Assembly: GCF_028641065.1 (NCBI RefSeq)
Contig: NC_073404.1
Location: 13,950,001-14,014,000 of the forward strand
DNA from: Leucoraja erinacea
Taxonomy: Eukaryota
Reading direction: 5' to 3'
Length of the DNA: 64,000 bases
Below are positions 63,909 through 64,000 of this stretch, piece after piece (the stretch's first letter is position 1; the number at the start of each line of letters is the position of its first letter). The notes under the pieces are model-generated. The model was not told the origin of the DNA, did not search any database, and saw only the letters and a program-made list of their open reading frames with translations. A program made the translations under genes and the position numbers.

Positions 63909-64000
63909 TCTACATTTAGCTAAATTCCCTCAAACCCTTCCCATTCATATTCCTGTCCATTTGCATGTGTTTAGTACACTTTGTAAAGGCTGTTGGATAT

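Noticed and set aside
62240-64000. Intronic H/ACA snoRNAs known from CCT6A introns (SNORA22, SNORA15)
   Set aside because: No recognisable match in the visible introns, which are mostly Tc1. The host introns probably lie beyond the window.

Overview
Eukaryotic, intron-rich vertebrate DNA, most likely from a cartilaginous fish such as a skate or ray. That assignment is inferred from the HER1/CR1, HE1-type V-SINE, Deu-domain SINE and Penelope repeat content. Five spliced protein-coding genes were reconstructed by hand: DERL2 (+, exons 2-7, two consecutive U12-type introns), RCC1L/WBSCR16 (+, 11 exons, complete), a NUPR1/NUPR2-family gene (+), DHX33 (-, 12 exons) and CCT6 (+, exons 1-2, heat-shock element in the promoter). 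Introns and spacers hold many mobile elements: Penelope-like elements with minimal hammerhead-ribozyme motifs, L1, Tx1, Rex1, CR1, L2, Tc1, Helitrons and MITEs, several with readable target-site duplications. The most notable items are (1) an in-frame TGA inside the DERL2 C-terminal p97-binding SHP motif, (2) a frame split between the DHX33 N-terminal PPAKR peptide and the helicase ORF, (3) a 1.7-kb foldback element filling a minor-class intron, (4) Penelope-derived foldback and hammerhead repeats, (5) a Tx1 element nested in a Penelope GIY-YIG domain, and (6) a tandem repeat built from a splice acceptor. Family names come from recalled motifs, not database searches. Most short ORFs in the supplied track are spurious.
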